A program made the translations under genes and the position numbers. This document shows, piece after piece, positions 25,203 through 38,459 of a stretch of DNA of 64,000 nt (the first letter of the stretch is position 1; each line of letters starts with the position of its first letter). The DNA is from Anthoceros angustus (Eukaryota; Plantae; Anthocerotophyta): positions 62,001-126,000 of the forward strand of contig MU008198.1 in assembly GCA_010909165.1 (NCBI GenBank), in the 5' to 3' direction. The notes under the pieces were generated by a model. The model was not told where the DNA came from. It did not search any database and saw only the letters and a program-made list of their open reading frames with translations.

Positions 25203-25823
25203 TCTGTTGGCCACTTTTGCCAGAGGAGTTGGTTGGCCCCTCTGTGGGGGTTTTTGAACGTTTGACGCCCTCCAACTGTCATGGCCAACGGCCTCACCTA
25301 AACCTTCAGCTACCCTTGACAAGGACTGGCAACCCGTTAGGGCTTAATTAAACCGCCGTAGAGGCTTCATTGCGTACCCGTCCACGCCAGCCTTACGAAG
25401 TCCTCTTACGAACAGAAAAGGAGGTAAGAAGACCCATATTAGGTGTGTAAATTCTCACCGTTTGTAGCCGAGGACGGCTTCCGGTTATCATAAAGCACAG
25501 CTATCATACCGCTCCTCTATCAGACGTCTCATAAAGACGAGCTTTGCCATGGAGAAAGGCCGACAACCAGAGCGTCATAAGGCGTAGAATTCTCATTTCT
25601 TGTGATAAATGCCGTGATAAAATACCAAGGTGTAATAGTGCTCCATGGACCTTAATCTCGCATTCTGCATACTTTTCTCGCAATAAGAGCGAACCTTGAG
25701 ATTTGCTGAATGTTCACTCGAAGGCATGAATTCTGTACACACTTGTGTGTTGCGGAGGGTAAGTGTTTGGGTTTCGCACCTAACCCTTCAACCACATGCT
25801 TCATGCTCCTCAACAACTCCATG

Positions 25824-25887
25824 CCATCGCTCCATCTCCATACCCCTGCCCCATCGCTCCATCTCCATGCCCCTGCCCCATCGCTCG
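25824..25887. repeat. 27-bp minisatellite (~2.4 copies)
   Basis: ccatcgctccatctccat(a/g)cccctgcc repeated. Confidence 0.7.
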
Positions 25888-25999
25888 TCGCTACTATGGG
25901 CGTAAACGCATAGGTGTGGAAGAAAGAGGTAAAAACATTCATGGAACTATATGGTTTCTGACGTTGGCGAGTATCGATCGTTGATTGGTGTGTGGTCAT

Positions 26000-27540
26000 T
26001 GACTGGGGTGTGCGGTAGCTTTGCTCTGAAGGCGGTAGAAGAACCTGGAAGGCGGTGTTGAAGGGGAAGTGGTGGCTGGGTCACTGGCATTTAGAATTCA
26101 GGATATAACCCTAAGAAAACTCGAAAAGGCACCAGCCGTGGCGAGTAGCAGGACAATTCAGCAGGGGGCTCTGCACGAGGGTCAGAAAAGGAGGGCCCTA
26201 GTGGCGGGAAGCTCATGAGTCCGGGAGGTAGGAACCCTGGAGTACTGACCAACTTGGGAGTGGCTGAGGCGATTATCAGCAGTCAGGCGCTGGTGCGGTG
26301 GGGTTTTGCAGAGCATGGCGCCTAGGGCTGCAGCGGAAATTTCGACTGCCCAATGGCCCAATATGGACCATTGGAGGGTCCGAGCTGGAGAATTGGTGAG
26401 GGAGCTGGGACTTGGGTTCCTGGAAAAACGGTGGAGAGTTTATGGGAGGATTTACTAGACCAGCAACGAGGAAGGAGGGCCCATGGATTCAGCAGCAGAG
26501 GACGAAGGGCCAGGCGACCAAATCGGAGGAGGGTGCGGAGATAACATAGGCAGGGGGTAGTGGCATCCTAGAAATAGAGCTTTGGATGGGATTTGGATAG
26601 TATGCCATTCTGGACCTAAGGCCGTCCGAAATTGTGGGGGTGCCTCTTCACATTTAGCCGTTTTTAGGACCTGGAAAGTCTGGTGGCTATGACGCCCCCT
26701 GCAATTGTATAAAGGGGCTTGGTTGTGCCCCTCACATCAAATAATTCCTGGTAGAGATCTCCCACGCTACCTGTGGCTGGTTGGAGACGTCCGATTGACA
26801 GAGGTGGTGTGCGCGAGACGCCTTGGGTGGTCGAGCTTGCTCCGCGGTGGGGAGGGAGGGAGGCGGGGTGATGAGGCCTCGTTGACAACGAGGAGGAAAT
26901 CGAGGGATTGGCAAGGAACTGAGTGCTCAGAACGCCTGCTTTTTTTGAGAATTTTTCTTTCCCTTACCCTTTTTTTCTGTTGGTTGTGTTCCGAAATTGA
27001 GAAAGAGTGTGTGTGTGTGGGGGTGGAAGCCTGAGGGCGAATCGAGAGAGAGGAAGGAGATTGGGTGGAGAAGTGACTGAACACTGTACGCGATGCGAGG
27101 TGTAAGCCGTGAAGAGGAGTTGAGAGGGAGAACTAATTGAGAAACTAACAGTGGAGATTTGTGTGGATCAAAGAGAATCCAAACCGGTGCTGTTGATGGA
27201 AGTGTGCACAAGAAGAAACAGCGTTCCCTTGTGGAAATTGTGTGAGTGTGGCGCCCTTTGTGTGTGTGTGGAAGCGGGTGTGAGGGATCCGAGGGATCTC
27301 GGTCCTTAGAAATCGGTGTCTGATCTGTGAGCAGGGGTAGCCCCCCATGGCTGGGGTAGTCAGACAAGTCGGGAGGTAGTAGAAGTTGAGTAGATAGGCA
27401 AGAGGAGTGATAGCAGGTAAGTCCTGACTTAGGCGAAGGGCAATAGCGATAGAAGTGAGTGTCTCTTGGCACAAACCATTCCCTTGGGAGCGAATCCTAG
27501 GCCTACAACGACATTGAGGGTGAATGTGGACCTCATGGTG
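26000..27540 (+). mobile_element. Probable LTR/non-coding retroelement fragment
   Basis: Non-coding, purine-rich, TATA-like tgtataaag at ~26707, GT/GA microsatellites, abuts the copia gag. No diagnostic motif found. Confidence 0.3.
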
Positions 27541-27544
27541 TCTC

Positions 27545-30230
27545 TAGACACAAGTTCCCACTCCATACATACTTACGAAGAATGTCGAAAACGCCAAGCT
27601 GCATATAATCAGGAACGAAGTCGACATCCAACAGGGCCATTAGCCCTCACAATTAAAAGACACTCTAAGGCATACCTTACATATGCCCCTTCACCATACC
27701 AGGACCAGCTACCTCAACTAGCTTGCTCCTCTCATCCCACAGCCTTCGTGGCATCCTACCTTGCAGCACAAGGGCCTCATACCTGGTACATCGACTCAAG
27801 CGCGTCCCAACACATGACCCCTCACAAAAATTACTTCAGCCACTTTACACCTTCCTCACCTCCCCAGTTTGTCAGCCTAGGGGATGATACACAACACCCA
27901 ATCATAGGGCACGGTGACTGAAACTTAACCGGACACACTCCAAATCAGAGTCCTTCACATTCTGGACTCCAAGAACTTGTTTCTGTCGAGAGTGGACCAA
28001 TCCAGCTATGTGTGCTTTGGCGATGGCCACTGTGTCATCGAAACACCAGATGGAGAGTTAATAGCCACTGGAGATCTTCACAACGATGACCTATATCACC
28101 TTAATGTGGCCACACTTCAAACCCCTTCTTCACTCTCCGCAACCTCTCTATCAGCCCCGTCTCAGAATAACAATTCCTACTTATGGCACACCCGCCTAGG
28201 GCACATGAGCATCTCTTGAATGAAGGATATGTTAGCCTCAGGTGCAGCACGAGGAATCGGCCTCACCAAAGTTGAGCTGTTTGGCATCTGCGAAGCATGC
28301 TCACTTGGGAAGAGCCACCGTAAGCCCTTCCCTCGATCTGCAACAAGGGCATCCCAACGCTTGGAGTTAGTCCACTCTGACATATGCGGGCCCTTTCAAA
28401 GATCCATATCCGGCTTCCTATATTTCCTTCTCACAATTGATGACATGAGGCCCACTTCGGTTTCATCTCGTGAGACACAAGAATCAAGCACCTCTTGCTT
28501 CCAAGAGTACAAGGCTTGGGCTGAAAAAGTGGGATCGAGACCCTCCGTTACATCCACACCGACGGTGGGGGAGAGTATGGCTCCCACGACTTCCTCAGCT
28601 TCTGCAAAACCCATGGCATTACCAGGCAACTTACCACCCCACACACCTCTCGGCAAAACGGCATTTCTGAGCGGATGAATAGAACTGTCTAAGACAGTGG
28701 ACTCACCATGCTCATACACGCCAAACTGTCCAAGACTTATTGGCCAAAAGCTATGACTCATGCCATCTACCTCATTAATCGCAGCGTCACCTCCGCGTTG
28801 CCCCATCACACACCTTATGAAGCTTGGACCGGCTTGAAGCGGATCATCAACCTCGGTCTCTTGGCTCACTGTTGCAGGGCGTGAAGTACATCTTCGGCTT
28901 TTACATGGGCATCAAAGGCTTCAAACTTATTCATCCTCAAACCCACAAAGTCACACACTCCAAATCTCTGAAGTCCTTCACATTCCTGGACTCACCAAGA
29001 ACTTGTTTTCTGTTCGGAGAGTGGACCAATCCGGCTGCTATGTGTGCTTTGGCGATGGCCACTGTGTCATCGAAACACCAGATGGAGAGTTAATAGCCAC
29101 TGGAGATCTTCACAACGATGACCTATATCACCTTAATGTGGCCACACTTCAAACCCCTTCTTCACTCTCCAACCTCTCTATCGTGCCCTCGAATAACAAT
29201 TCCTACTTATGGCACACCTAGTAGCATGAGCATCTCTTGAATGAAGGATATATGTTAGCCTCGGGGTGCATGCAGGAATCGGCCTCACCAAAGTTGAGCT
29301 GTTTGGCATCTGCGAAGCATGCTCACTTGGGAAGAGCCACCGTAAGCCCTTCCCTCGATCTGCAACAAGGGCATCCCAACGCTTGGAGTTAGTCCACTCT
29401 GACATATGCGGGCCCTTTCAAAGATCCATATCCGGCTTCCTATATTTCCTTCTCACAATTGATGACATGAGCCGCTTCACCGTGCTCTATCTCGTGAGAC
29501 ACAAGAATCAAGCACTCTCTTGCTTCCAAGAGTACAAGGCTTGGGCTGAAAAAGTGACTGGCGAGACCCTCCGTTGCATCCACACCGACGGTGGGGGAGA
29601 GTATGGCTCCCACGACTTCCTCAGCTTCTGCAAAACCCATGGCATTACCAGGCAACTTACCACCCCACACACCTCTCGGCAAAACGGCATTTCTGAGCGG
29701 ATGAATAGAACTGTCTAAGACAGTGGACTCACCATGCTCATACACGTGCTCCAAGACTTATTGGCCAAAAGCTATGACTCATGCCATCTACCTCATTAAT
29801 TGACGTCACCTCGCGTTGCCCATCACACACCTTATGAAGCTTGGACCCGGCTTGGCTTGACACATCAACCTTGGTCTTTAGCTCTCTTGTTGTGAGCGGA
29901 AGTACATCTTCGGCTTTTACATGGGCATCAAAGGCTTCAAACTTATTCATCCTCAAACCCACAAAGTCACACACTCCAGAGACGTTACGTTCCTCGAAGA
30001 CATGAACATCCCGGCTTCGCTTGCCCCGGCAGTGGGAGCGGCCACGCCAAATTACCATACCGAGATTGAAGACAGTGATGATGAAGAGGCCGGGGAGACT
30101 CTTCACCAGCACCCTCCACTCTCAGCTGTACCCGCCCAACCCCTGCCCACTCAACACATCTTGCCACCAGACACTCCTGCCCAACGGCTTATCTTCGGTG
30201 ATATCGATCTCGATCGACAAGCGGCGATTA
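27545..30230 (+). mobile_element. Ty1/copia retrotransposon remnant: gag knuckle end, protease, GAG-pre-integrase, integrase (with ~1.02-kb internal tandem duplication)
   Basis: HTYEECRKR; WYIDSSASQHMTP; YLWHTRLGHMS; CEACSLGKSHRKPF; LELVHSDICGP; IHTDGGGEY; QNGISERMNRT; VTHSRDVTFLE. 27933-28952 is repeated at 28953-29968. Confidence 0.9.
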
Positions 30231-30232
30231 CC

Positions 30233-31303
30233 TGCCGCAACTTTAGTGACGGTGGCGCGCACAATCCGTGTCGTTGCGATGAGAGTCCGTTCCCAAGGGA
30301 ATGATTGGTTCCGTTTTGCACGTTCGTGATCCGATCCCCGCCTCGTTGTCGAGGTGGTTTGTATCCGAGATCTCAACGCGATCGTTTTCACTCCCTAATT
30401 ACTCTTAAGCGTCCGCCGAACAGGCCCGGCGTGGCCAAATGTTTAAGGACTCGTTCACGTCTGTTTCCTACCAGTCCGTCCTATGTCTCGTCTAGTCCGT
30501 CTCTCCTAGCACGCTCACTACGCACATTACCAGTTTGGAAATCGTGGGTAGGTTGCGTGGTCCAGACCTCCGCCGTCGTTCAACCAGGCCTCTGTCATGC
30601 CGTGTGATACTAATCTCTGCACTTGGGTTTAGTGTTTGATTAGCATTAATTAATCTAATTACTTATCTTTAAGTAAGTAATTAGTGTTAATTAATCTAGT
30701 GTGCTTATGTTAATTTAGTAAGTAATTAGTGTTAATTAATCTAGTGTGCTTATGTTAATTTAGTAAGTAATTAGTGTTAATTACTCTAAGGTGCTTATGT
30801 TAATTAAGCATTGATTAGTGTTAATTAAACATGGTGAGCAATAGCTAAGTGGATAAGCTCAAGTAATATGCTTTGGCATATTCCTTGCATATTATAGTGT
30901 ATTCTTAGGATACAATAGCTAAGTGGATAAGCTCAAGTAATATGCTTTGGCATATTCCTTGCATATTATAGTGTATTCTTAGGATATTTAGCATACCGAT
31001 GCGATAGGATATCTTAGGAATATGCCGATGCCAAAGGCTAGTATATATAGACCCTTCCATTGATAGCTCGGATCATAGCTTGTCCTCTTGATATGCAATG
31101 CAAGGGTGTTGTGAGAGGCCAAAGCTACCATGACTCGGGAAGCGATGTGAGGAATTGCGTGTGTTGTTCTCGTGGGAGAGTGTGTTTGTGTCACACGACG
31201 TCACAGCTACTCCCCTCCATTGTTTATTGGTTGCACCTATATATCTATTAGATTTGTTTGCTTCGTTGTTGGTCAAGGAAGTGATTATGAATTCAAGTGC
31301 TTA
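30233..31303 (+). mobile_element. LTR-like dispersed repeat (~1.07 kb) inserted in the copia; contains AT-rich 45-bp and 74-bp internal tandem repeats
   Basis: Starts tgccgcaac. 30602-31303 is homologous to the reverse complement of 58400-59057, whose end reads ..gcgaca (TG..CA termini). 74-bp unit at 30839 and 30913. Confidence 0.6.
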
Positions 31304-31305
31304 TA

Positions 31306-34300
31306 TGCAACACCTCTCGTCTGCACGCCTCTCGAGTTCCCGGATCTCACGGGTTCGTCTGACGGCCCCCGCCTCCGGAAGAGAAAGGGTCCACTGAGCC
31401 CGCCGCACACCACCACACCACGTTAGTCCTCAGTCACTGGACTGGATCGGCCTCCGCCTTACCTTTCGGTGACTCAGACTCGCTAGCAAAGGACACAAAG
31501 GGTCTGCAAGAGAACGCAGATCAACCCCAAAAGAAAGATGCTTTACTAGGCCTCGCCTCTTATACTACATACGAGGAGGCGTCTTTATTACACTCTATTC
31601 TATTATGATGTCCATTTCGGTGGGCTAGTCCCCAACTACTATTTCCCTTAGCTTACCTATGTCCTTCTACGGCGGTGTGAGGTGCCCATGATTAGCCCTG
31701 GGCGGCCCAATCCCTAGCTCTAGCAGTGGCGCACCCATGATCCGCGGCGGGGCCCCTCCCCTTCCCCGAGACTCTGCAGCCGGCTGAGCATGGGCGGCAC
31801 GGCCGTAGCGATGACCACCAAGTCCTCCTCTTCGCCCCCTCTTAACTCGCTGGTGGGTCCCGGCTCTGCGGGTCCATCAAGAAGCCTGCACAGGTGGGGC
31901 GGTGATCCTCTCTCACTTTTCCCTCCTGCTTGAACCTCGGGGTCCGGCCTTGCTTCGGAGTCCAGGACCTCGGGGCCAGTCCGGTCTGGCAGTCCGGACC
32001 TGAGGTCCGGTCTCGCCGAGTCCGGACCTCAGGGGGTCTGCCGAGTCCGGACCTCGGGGTGTCTCGCTTCAGTCCGGACCTCGGTCGGTCCTCGCTTGAT
32101 CCGGACCTCGGTCGGTCTCGCTCAGTCCGGACCTCGAGTCCGGTCTGTCCGGTCCGGACCTCGGGTCCGGCTCGCTTCCGATCCGGACCTCGAGTCCGGT
32201 CCGCTGCCGGAGTCCGGACCTCGGGGTCGGTCTCGCCAGTCGGACCTCGGTCCGGTCTCGCTCCAGTCCGGACCTCGGTCGGTCCTCCAGTCCGGACCTC
32301 GGTCGGTCTCGCTCAGTCAGGACCTCGGTCGGTCTCGCTCGATCCGGACCTCGGGGCCGGTCGCTTCAGTCCGGACCTCGAGTCCGGTCTCGCTCCGGTC
32401 CGGACCTCGAGGTCGTCTTGCAGTTCTGGACACCCTCGCCCAGAGCATTCTCCGGGGGTCCGTCTTCACCCACCAGACCCCCTGCCTATCTCGGATCCCC
32501 CTGGACTTCTCCTTCTCTGACCCCCTCGGGGCCCCCCTCTCCTTCTTCCCTTGTGGGGTGCGACGGACTTACCTCTTGTCTGGTGGTGTCCACCGTATCC
32601 CTCTCGACCGGGTGCTCCCCTTCTCCACTGCTGCTCTCATCCCCGAACAGCACCCCCAGGGTTCCTGTGGCGGTGCTATCCCCGAGGCCTTCGTCTCGCT
32701 CCCCTCCCTCTGACCCTTCCGGTGGTCCTTCAATTTGTCGGGGGTGAGACAGGACCTTCAGCGCCTTGAGAAGCTCCGCGTGGTAGTAGGCGAAGTCCGA
32801 GTCGACTTGCTGGATGACCTCCTCCACATGGGCCCGGAGCACCCGGTATTCCCTCCTCCAGAGGTGCTCCGGCAGTTGGGCGTGCTGGGTGGCCAGTCTC
32901 GATAAGGCTCGCCGATTGAGTCTGAGTCCTTGAGGCTGAGGCCGCCTCACGCACTTCCTGACCTGCGCTCCGTGCTCCTCCTCCCGCCGTTTACATGGGT
33001 CGGCCAACTGCAGCCATGGCGATCCTCCCCTTTCGCCATGGGACTAGCAACCTTGCTCCTCCCTCGAGCTCGCTCCCGCCATCCATTCGGCACGGAGGCC
33101 ACCATCTCCTTTCAAGCGGTCCGGCAGCTCCTCCCGGCCCCTAGCCTCCAAGTCTTTCTCCAATTCGTGATGTCACTGCTCCTTGGCCGACTTTCCTCCG
33201 CCCTCCAACAGAGCTGGAGTCGCTCTATCTCGCGCTCGTGGTCCATGATTCTCCCTTGGAGAATTCCATTCCGCTCCTCCGTTACCTGGAGCTGTAGCTC
33301 CAGGGTCTCCTTGCGGTCCTCTAGCTCCTGGTGCCGCTCCTCCGTACCTTGCAGCTGTGCCCGGAGATCTTCCATCTCCAAGCATAATCTCAATCCTCCA
33401 TTCTTCTTGCGCGTGAACAACATTGGCGCACCAAATGGGGACTTTGAGATTCTCACAACTCGGCCTTCAGGTTGGCCGCGGCTACTCCCGCCGCTTCCCT
33501 CCACCGGTTCCGATCCCGCCGGTAGTGGTCCCTATCCATCTTCGCCGAGGCCTTTGCCTCCACTTCACTGGCCTCCTGTGTCTTTATTCTGCTCGGGTCG
33601 GCCAAGTCCTTGGCCCTCTCCGCCTGCCTTCTCGCCTCCTCTGCCTCTTCTAGGGCCGCTCCTCTCCGCCTACAAAGGTCCTTCACCTTTGCTTGTGCCT
33701 CTAGCGTGCTTTGTTCACACAGTGAAGCACCTCCCCTGCCTTGAGCGGACTGGCCTCGTGATCGGCCCGGCGCTTCTCCTCCTCGACTCTAGCGAGGGTC
33801 TCCGCCTTTCTCTTGGCCGCTTGGGCCGCCTCCGCCTGGCCTTGAAGTTCCACCATTCTTTTTCGGGTGGCCTCCACTTCCTGGGTCTTCTCTGCCGTTC
33901 CGCAGAGCCCCCAAAGCACACCGTCCATGACGGCTGCGAGCTCCCTCCGTGTCTCTTCCACGGCCGCTGCTGGGGAGATACCCGTGAAGTCCGCCCGAGC
34001 TCGGGTACCCTGGTCCGTTAAGGACCGCGGCCAGATCCGGAGGTGGCGGACTAGGACTCGGACCAATCGGACCCTCAGGTCCTAAGTGTTCTGGTCCGAG
34101 GCTTCTACCTCCTTAGCCCTTTTGGCTGCTAACTCCTTCTCCGCCCGCCTTCTCTTGGGGTCCGGAGGTGGTGAGGGGGTCCGGGAGCTAGCTCGCTTGC
34201 CCCTCCTGGTTGGTGATAGGACGGGCTCGGGGTGGGGTTGCTGCCAATGTCCCCCCGCTCCCTGGGCCGCATTTCGCTCCGCCCTCCTCACTGCCTCCTC

Positions 34301-36530
34301 TGCTTCCTGCCACTCCGTCGGCAAGGGCAGAGGGACCGGAGCGGTCCTGGGGGCTGTGGTGGTGGAGGCCGTCTCCCTCTTCTTTATCTCCTGCCTGATC
34401 CTGCGGGGTTCGGTGGCTGGGGCCGTTGCAGGTTGCTGGCCTGTTAGTACCGCGACCACCAGCTCCCTCCCTGCTGCAGTCTCCTCCGACGTGGGGTGCT
34501 CCGGTGGAGGGACTAGGAGGAGGGAAGCGGGAATTTCTTCCCATACTTCCCGGGGCGGCGAGGGGGTGCGTTCTAGTCATATGGAGTCCGGAATCCCCTC
34601 CCAATCCTCATCTTCCTGGACCCGCCTAGTCTTGGGGGGGCGCCCCTCCGTCTCCGGTGCTCTCCCTTCTCGCTCCGTCTCGGGAAGGGTCACCAACCCC
34701 TTCCGGAGCGCTCGCTCCTCTTCTCCCTCCTTCAGGAGGTTAAGATGCCCCCACACGTGGATGATGAACGGAGACAGCGCTGATGGGGGCGGCCGCTCGT
34801 TTCGCAACTTCCTAGCCTCCTGATTAACTCAGGCAAAGATGATCCTCCCCCAGTTCGCTCTCTTTCCCCTTTGCAGGGCGTGGAGGAACACAAGCAAATT
34901 GTCACCAAGGCGATCCACCTTGGTGAGCATGTTCCAATGAACGATGATCTTTGCCACCGCCCTCACCCGTCTGTCCAGCAGGTCCGACATTAGCCACCCA
35001 TTTGAGGACCGCTGCGTCCCCGGCCTCAAGAGCGCCGCCTCCACCTTCCCTGTCACCTTAAGGGGCTCTGGGACTACACCCTCGATCTCCTCCGCTGGGC
35101 GGTTGTAGACCGCTCTCAGGACCTCCACGGTCCATCTCCTCGGGTCTTCACGCAGGCTTTTGGAGCGGACGGTTTTGTTGGCCACCGCCAGCATCTTCCG
35201 GGCTTACTCCCGGACCAAGGCCACGCTGTCGAAGGTCCACTGACACCGTCTGGAAGATGTCTAAGTGCCATTCCTGCACCAGCTCCTCTGCCTCCGCCAG
35301 CCAGGGTCTGAAATCTCGGTAGCGCTTGGTGATTTACTAGGCGCCACGGTTCCCAGACCTCCGCCGCCTTCTTGGGTCCCATACCCTTGCGCTGGTTGGT
35401 GTGCTGCTATGAGGTGGTGGGCGCCAATACTCCCGCTAAGTTCAGGCGCGCGCTGGTTCGGGCGATGGCGCTCGTAATTGGGCTTGGATGCCGAGAGATA
35501 GCGCCGGGAAGTGCTGGCGCGGCGGCTAAAGCCGGAAGTTGGTCGAGAATGGCCTTCTCTCGGCGCCGGGGCGTCGAATGGAGTAACGCGGCGGAGGCGT
35601 CCTTCGCTGCCATGTATCAGTCGCATTGCTTACTCTAGCTTTACCGCCGCGCCCGCCGCGTACTCTAGCCTTACTGGCGCATGTACCCGAGCGTGGTTAC
35701 CGCCCATAACGGCCCGCGCAACCCTCGGTCACAGTGCTGCATGCACATCCCCCTCGGCTCAGTCCATTGGCACCTTGCCAAAATACGCTCCCCGTTCCAA
35801 AGTTACCTTTCCTGGCGTACTTATCACGACTTACTCGAGTCCAGGACTCACGGTCTACTCGGTGCGGTCCGTAGTCCTCGAGCCGCTCGGTGCGGTCCGA
35901 GTTCCTCTGCCTACTCGAGTGCGATCCGAGTCCCCACAATCTTAAGCGCTTGGGTCGATCGTCCCCTTCTTACCCGTTCTTGTCTTATTTCCCTTTTCTC
36001 GTCTTATTTCTCACTCCACACTAACAAAAAACAAAAAAAACTAGCTCATTACCTTCTAAGAGGGAGAGCTTACGGTCCACACCCCTTCATCTGCATTCAC
36101 GCCCTCGAGCTCCAACGATTGCCAGCCCTCTCGGAGCGCCGGGGGGAATACCATACTCAGAACAACACCACCTGACCTACACATCATGGACAAAGATGGA
36201 GATATGTCATCACCACCAGCAGCCGGGCGGCCGCACTTAGCATCTCCAGACCTAAGAGGCACCATAGCCGCAGGCACCATCGACCTTAGCACTCCATTCA
36301 TCACCGGTATGCAAGACCCAGGCGCGCGCGCATCCATCCAGTTCCCGGGCTAGCGGAGGCGCGTCCTCGCGTGCCGACGGACTCTCACGGTGCTCCAACC
36401 CGGGATCCCGCGCACAAGAATCGGGCCCATACGGCCAAGGCGCTTCATTTCGCGCTCATGGCCATCATCCTGAGCAACTCAACTATGACCATCATGATAA
36501 TCGCGGGCTTCCGGGCACACCCAAGGCAAG
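31306..36530 (-). mobile_element. Nested LTR-retroelement fragment with decayed accessory coiled-coil ORF, tandem array and probable LTR (31306-31892)
   Basis: Minus-strand ORF pieces 35400->32500 (EDPRRWT...NGWLMSD...GKRANWGRII, then E/R/A-rich coiled coil). TG...CA-bounded segment 31306-31892 with a minus-strand TATA-like gtataag. The right boundary is approximate. Confidence 0.55.
31950..32410. repeat. GC-rich degenerate tandem array, ~17 units of 25-31 bp
   Basis: Core (a)gtccggacctcg repeated with ggtcggtctcgct(c)-like linkers. Confidence 0.9.
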
Positions 36531-36539
36531 CCGTATACT

Positions 36540-38170
36540 GATTTTTGATGGTATTATCCCTCCTAATAACTCTATTGAAAGTGCGCAACCACAAGCCACT
36601 CATCCACATGAGGTAGAAGATTCTCCTTTCGACAACTCAGATGATGACGTACCACAACCACAGAGTGCACTTGACAACAGGGGAAGACACTCTCAACGAA
36701 GCAATGCAGGTCAGATACGTAGATATTCTCCTACTAATTGGAGAGACACTAAAACTAATTTGGCTCATTGTTTATCTGCTGCAATTGACCAATTTGTACC
36801 AACTAATTATCGTGAAGCTATCACATGCCCAGGAAAGGAAAACTGGAAAATTGCAATTAAATCAGAACTAGACTCCTTAAAGGCTAATAACACCTGGACC
36901 CTCACTACCTTACCACTAGGTAGAAAACTAGTCGGGTCTAAATGGACATTCAAAATTAAATTAAATGCAGACGGCAGTATTGAAAGATATAAAGCTAGGT
37001 TAGTAGCCAAAGGCTACTCACAACAATACGGGTTTGACTATGATGAAACCTTTAGCCCATTGCTTAAGATCACATCACGTAGAACCCTAATAGCTTTAGC
37101 CTCTCACCATGATTACGAAACTTATGCAATTAGATATAAAAACAACCTTCTTGTATGGCGACCTCCAACATACCATATACATGGAGATTCCCCATGGAAT
37201 CAAAGTCAACAGACGCCTACATAATGCCGTGAAATTATTAAAAGCACTTTATGGGCTTAAGCAAAGTGCTTTGGAGTGGTATGATAAACTTGATAAAACA
37301 CTTGAGTCCTTAGGTTACTAAACTCCACTCTGATAGTAACATTTATATTAAGAGGTCGTCAGATGGGTCTTTCATCCTACTTGCCGTATACGTAGATGAC
37401 ATCGTACTAATGTCCAATTTCATGCCTATGTTAGAAAACACCAGGGCAATGCTCTCCGAGCGTTTTGAAATGAACACTTGTAGGGAACTTTCTTATTGCT
37501 TGGGAATACAAATAGTTAGGCATAGGCAATCAAGGAGTATTTTTATACATCAATCAAAATATATATTCAAGAGATCCTCATCAAGTATAAGATGTCATAT
37601 TCTAAGCCTATATCAACTCCAATGGAAATAAATCTCAAGCTCAAAGCAGCCGACACAGAGTCAAGCCAAGACTCTGACATCAATGGGCTACCCTACTCTT
37701 CGGCAGTTGGGAGTCTCATGTACTTGATGGTCTGCACGAGGCCGGACCTCGCTTTTTCGGTGGGAGCACTCTCACAATTCCTAACTTCTCCTACGCAGAT
37801 CATTGGAAAGCCATCAAGCGGGTATTTAGATATCTCCGATCAACTTCCAACATGGGATTATTATATCAGTCCTCTACCAAACAAGGTCAGTCTCTCCAGC
37901 TTCAAGGCTTCAGCGATGCTGATTGGGCCGGGACATAGGCAGCAGAAGGAGCACCAGTAGCTATGTTTGTTTGCTAGGAGGAACAGCAACGAGCTGGAGT
38001 TCCAAGAGACAACAAGTTGTCGCTTTAAGCTCCACAGAGGCGGAATATTGCTCTCTAACTCACGCCTCCAAGGAGGGCCTATGGCAACTTCTCCAACTCT
38101 TTGAACTAGGAGAAACACAACAGATTCTAAGACCTCTCTATTGCGACAACCATATGGCTACTAACCTAGC
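36540..38170 (+). mobile_element. Ty1/copia reverse transcriptase and RNase H remnant
   Basis: PTNYREA...WKIAIKSELDSLKANNTW...YKARLVAKGYSQQYG; QLDIKTTFLYG; KALYGLKQS; AVYVDDI; YSSAVGSLMYLM.CTRPDL; WSSKRQQVVALSSTEAEY; LYCDN. Frameshifted and truncated in RNase H. Confidence 0.93.
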
Positions 38171-38459
38171 TTTAGGTTAGTAGCCATATGTCGCAATAGG
38201 TTTGGGGCACGTTTCACACCCAACGGATACGAATCGGTACTTTGACTAGAACGGTTACTCGTGTCCTGCTTCATTTCAAAGCACCATTCGAAAACATTCT
38301 GAACCATCACAATCTTCCCCACTCCCTTGGTGTAGATGGACTTCCCATCTCAGCATATCTATAAAGTCTCCGCATTCCCTCATTGAGTTACAAATGTTAA
38401 ATATGTATTGCCGTTTCTCGTGGAATCGCTTCGTGGGAGTTACAACACCGGCAACAACA

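Noticed and set aside
31950-32410. Regularly spaced ~28-bp repeats as a CRISPR array
   Set aside because: Intervening sequences are short variants of each other rather than unique spacers; no cas genes; eukaryotic TE context.
32930-34823. Plus-strand ORFs of 363 and 245 aa
   Set aside because: S/L/P-rich antisense of the minus-strand coiled-coil ORF.
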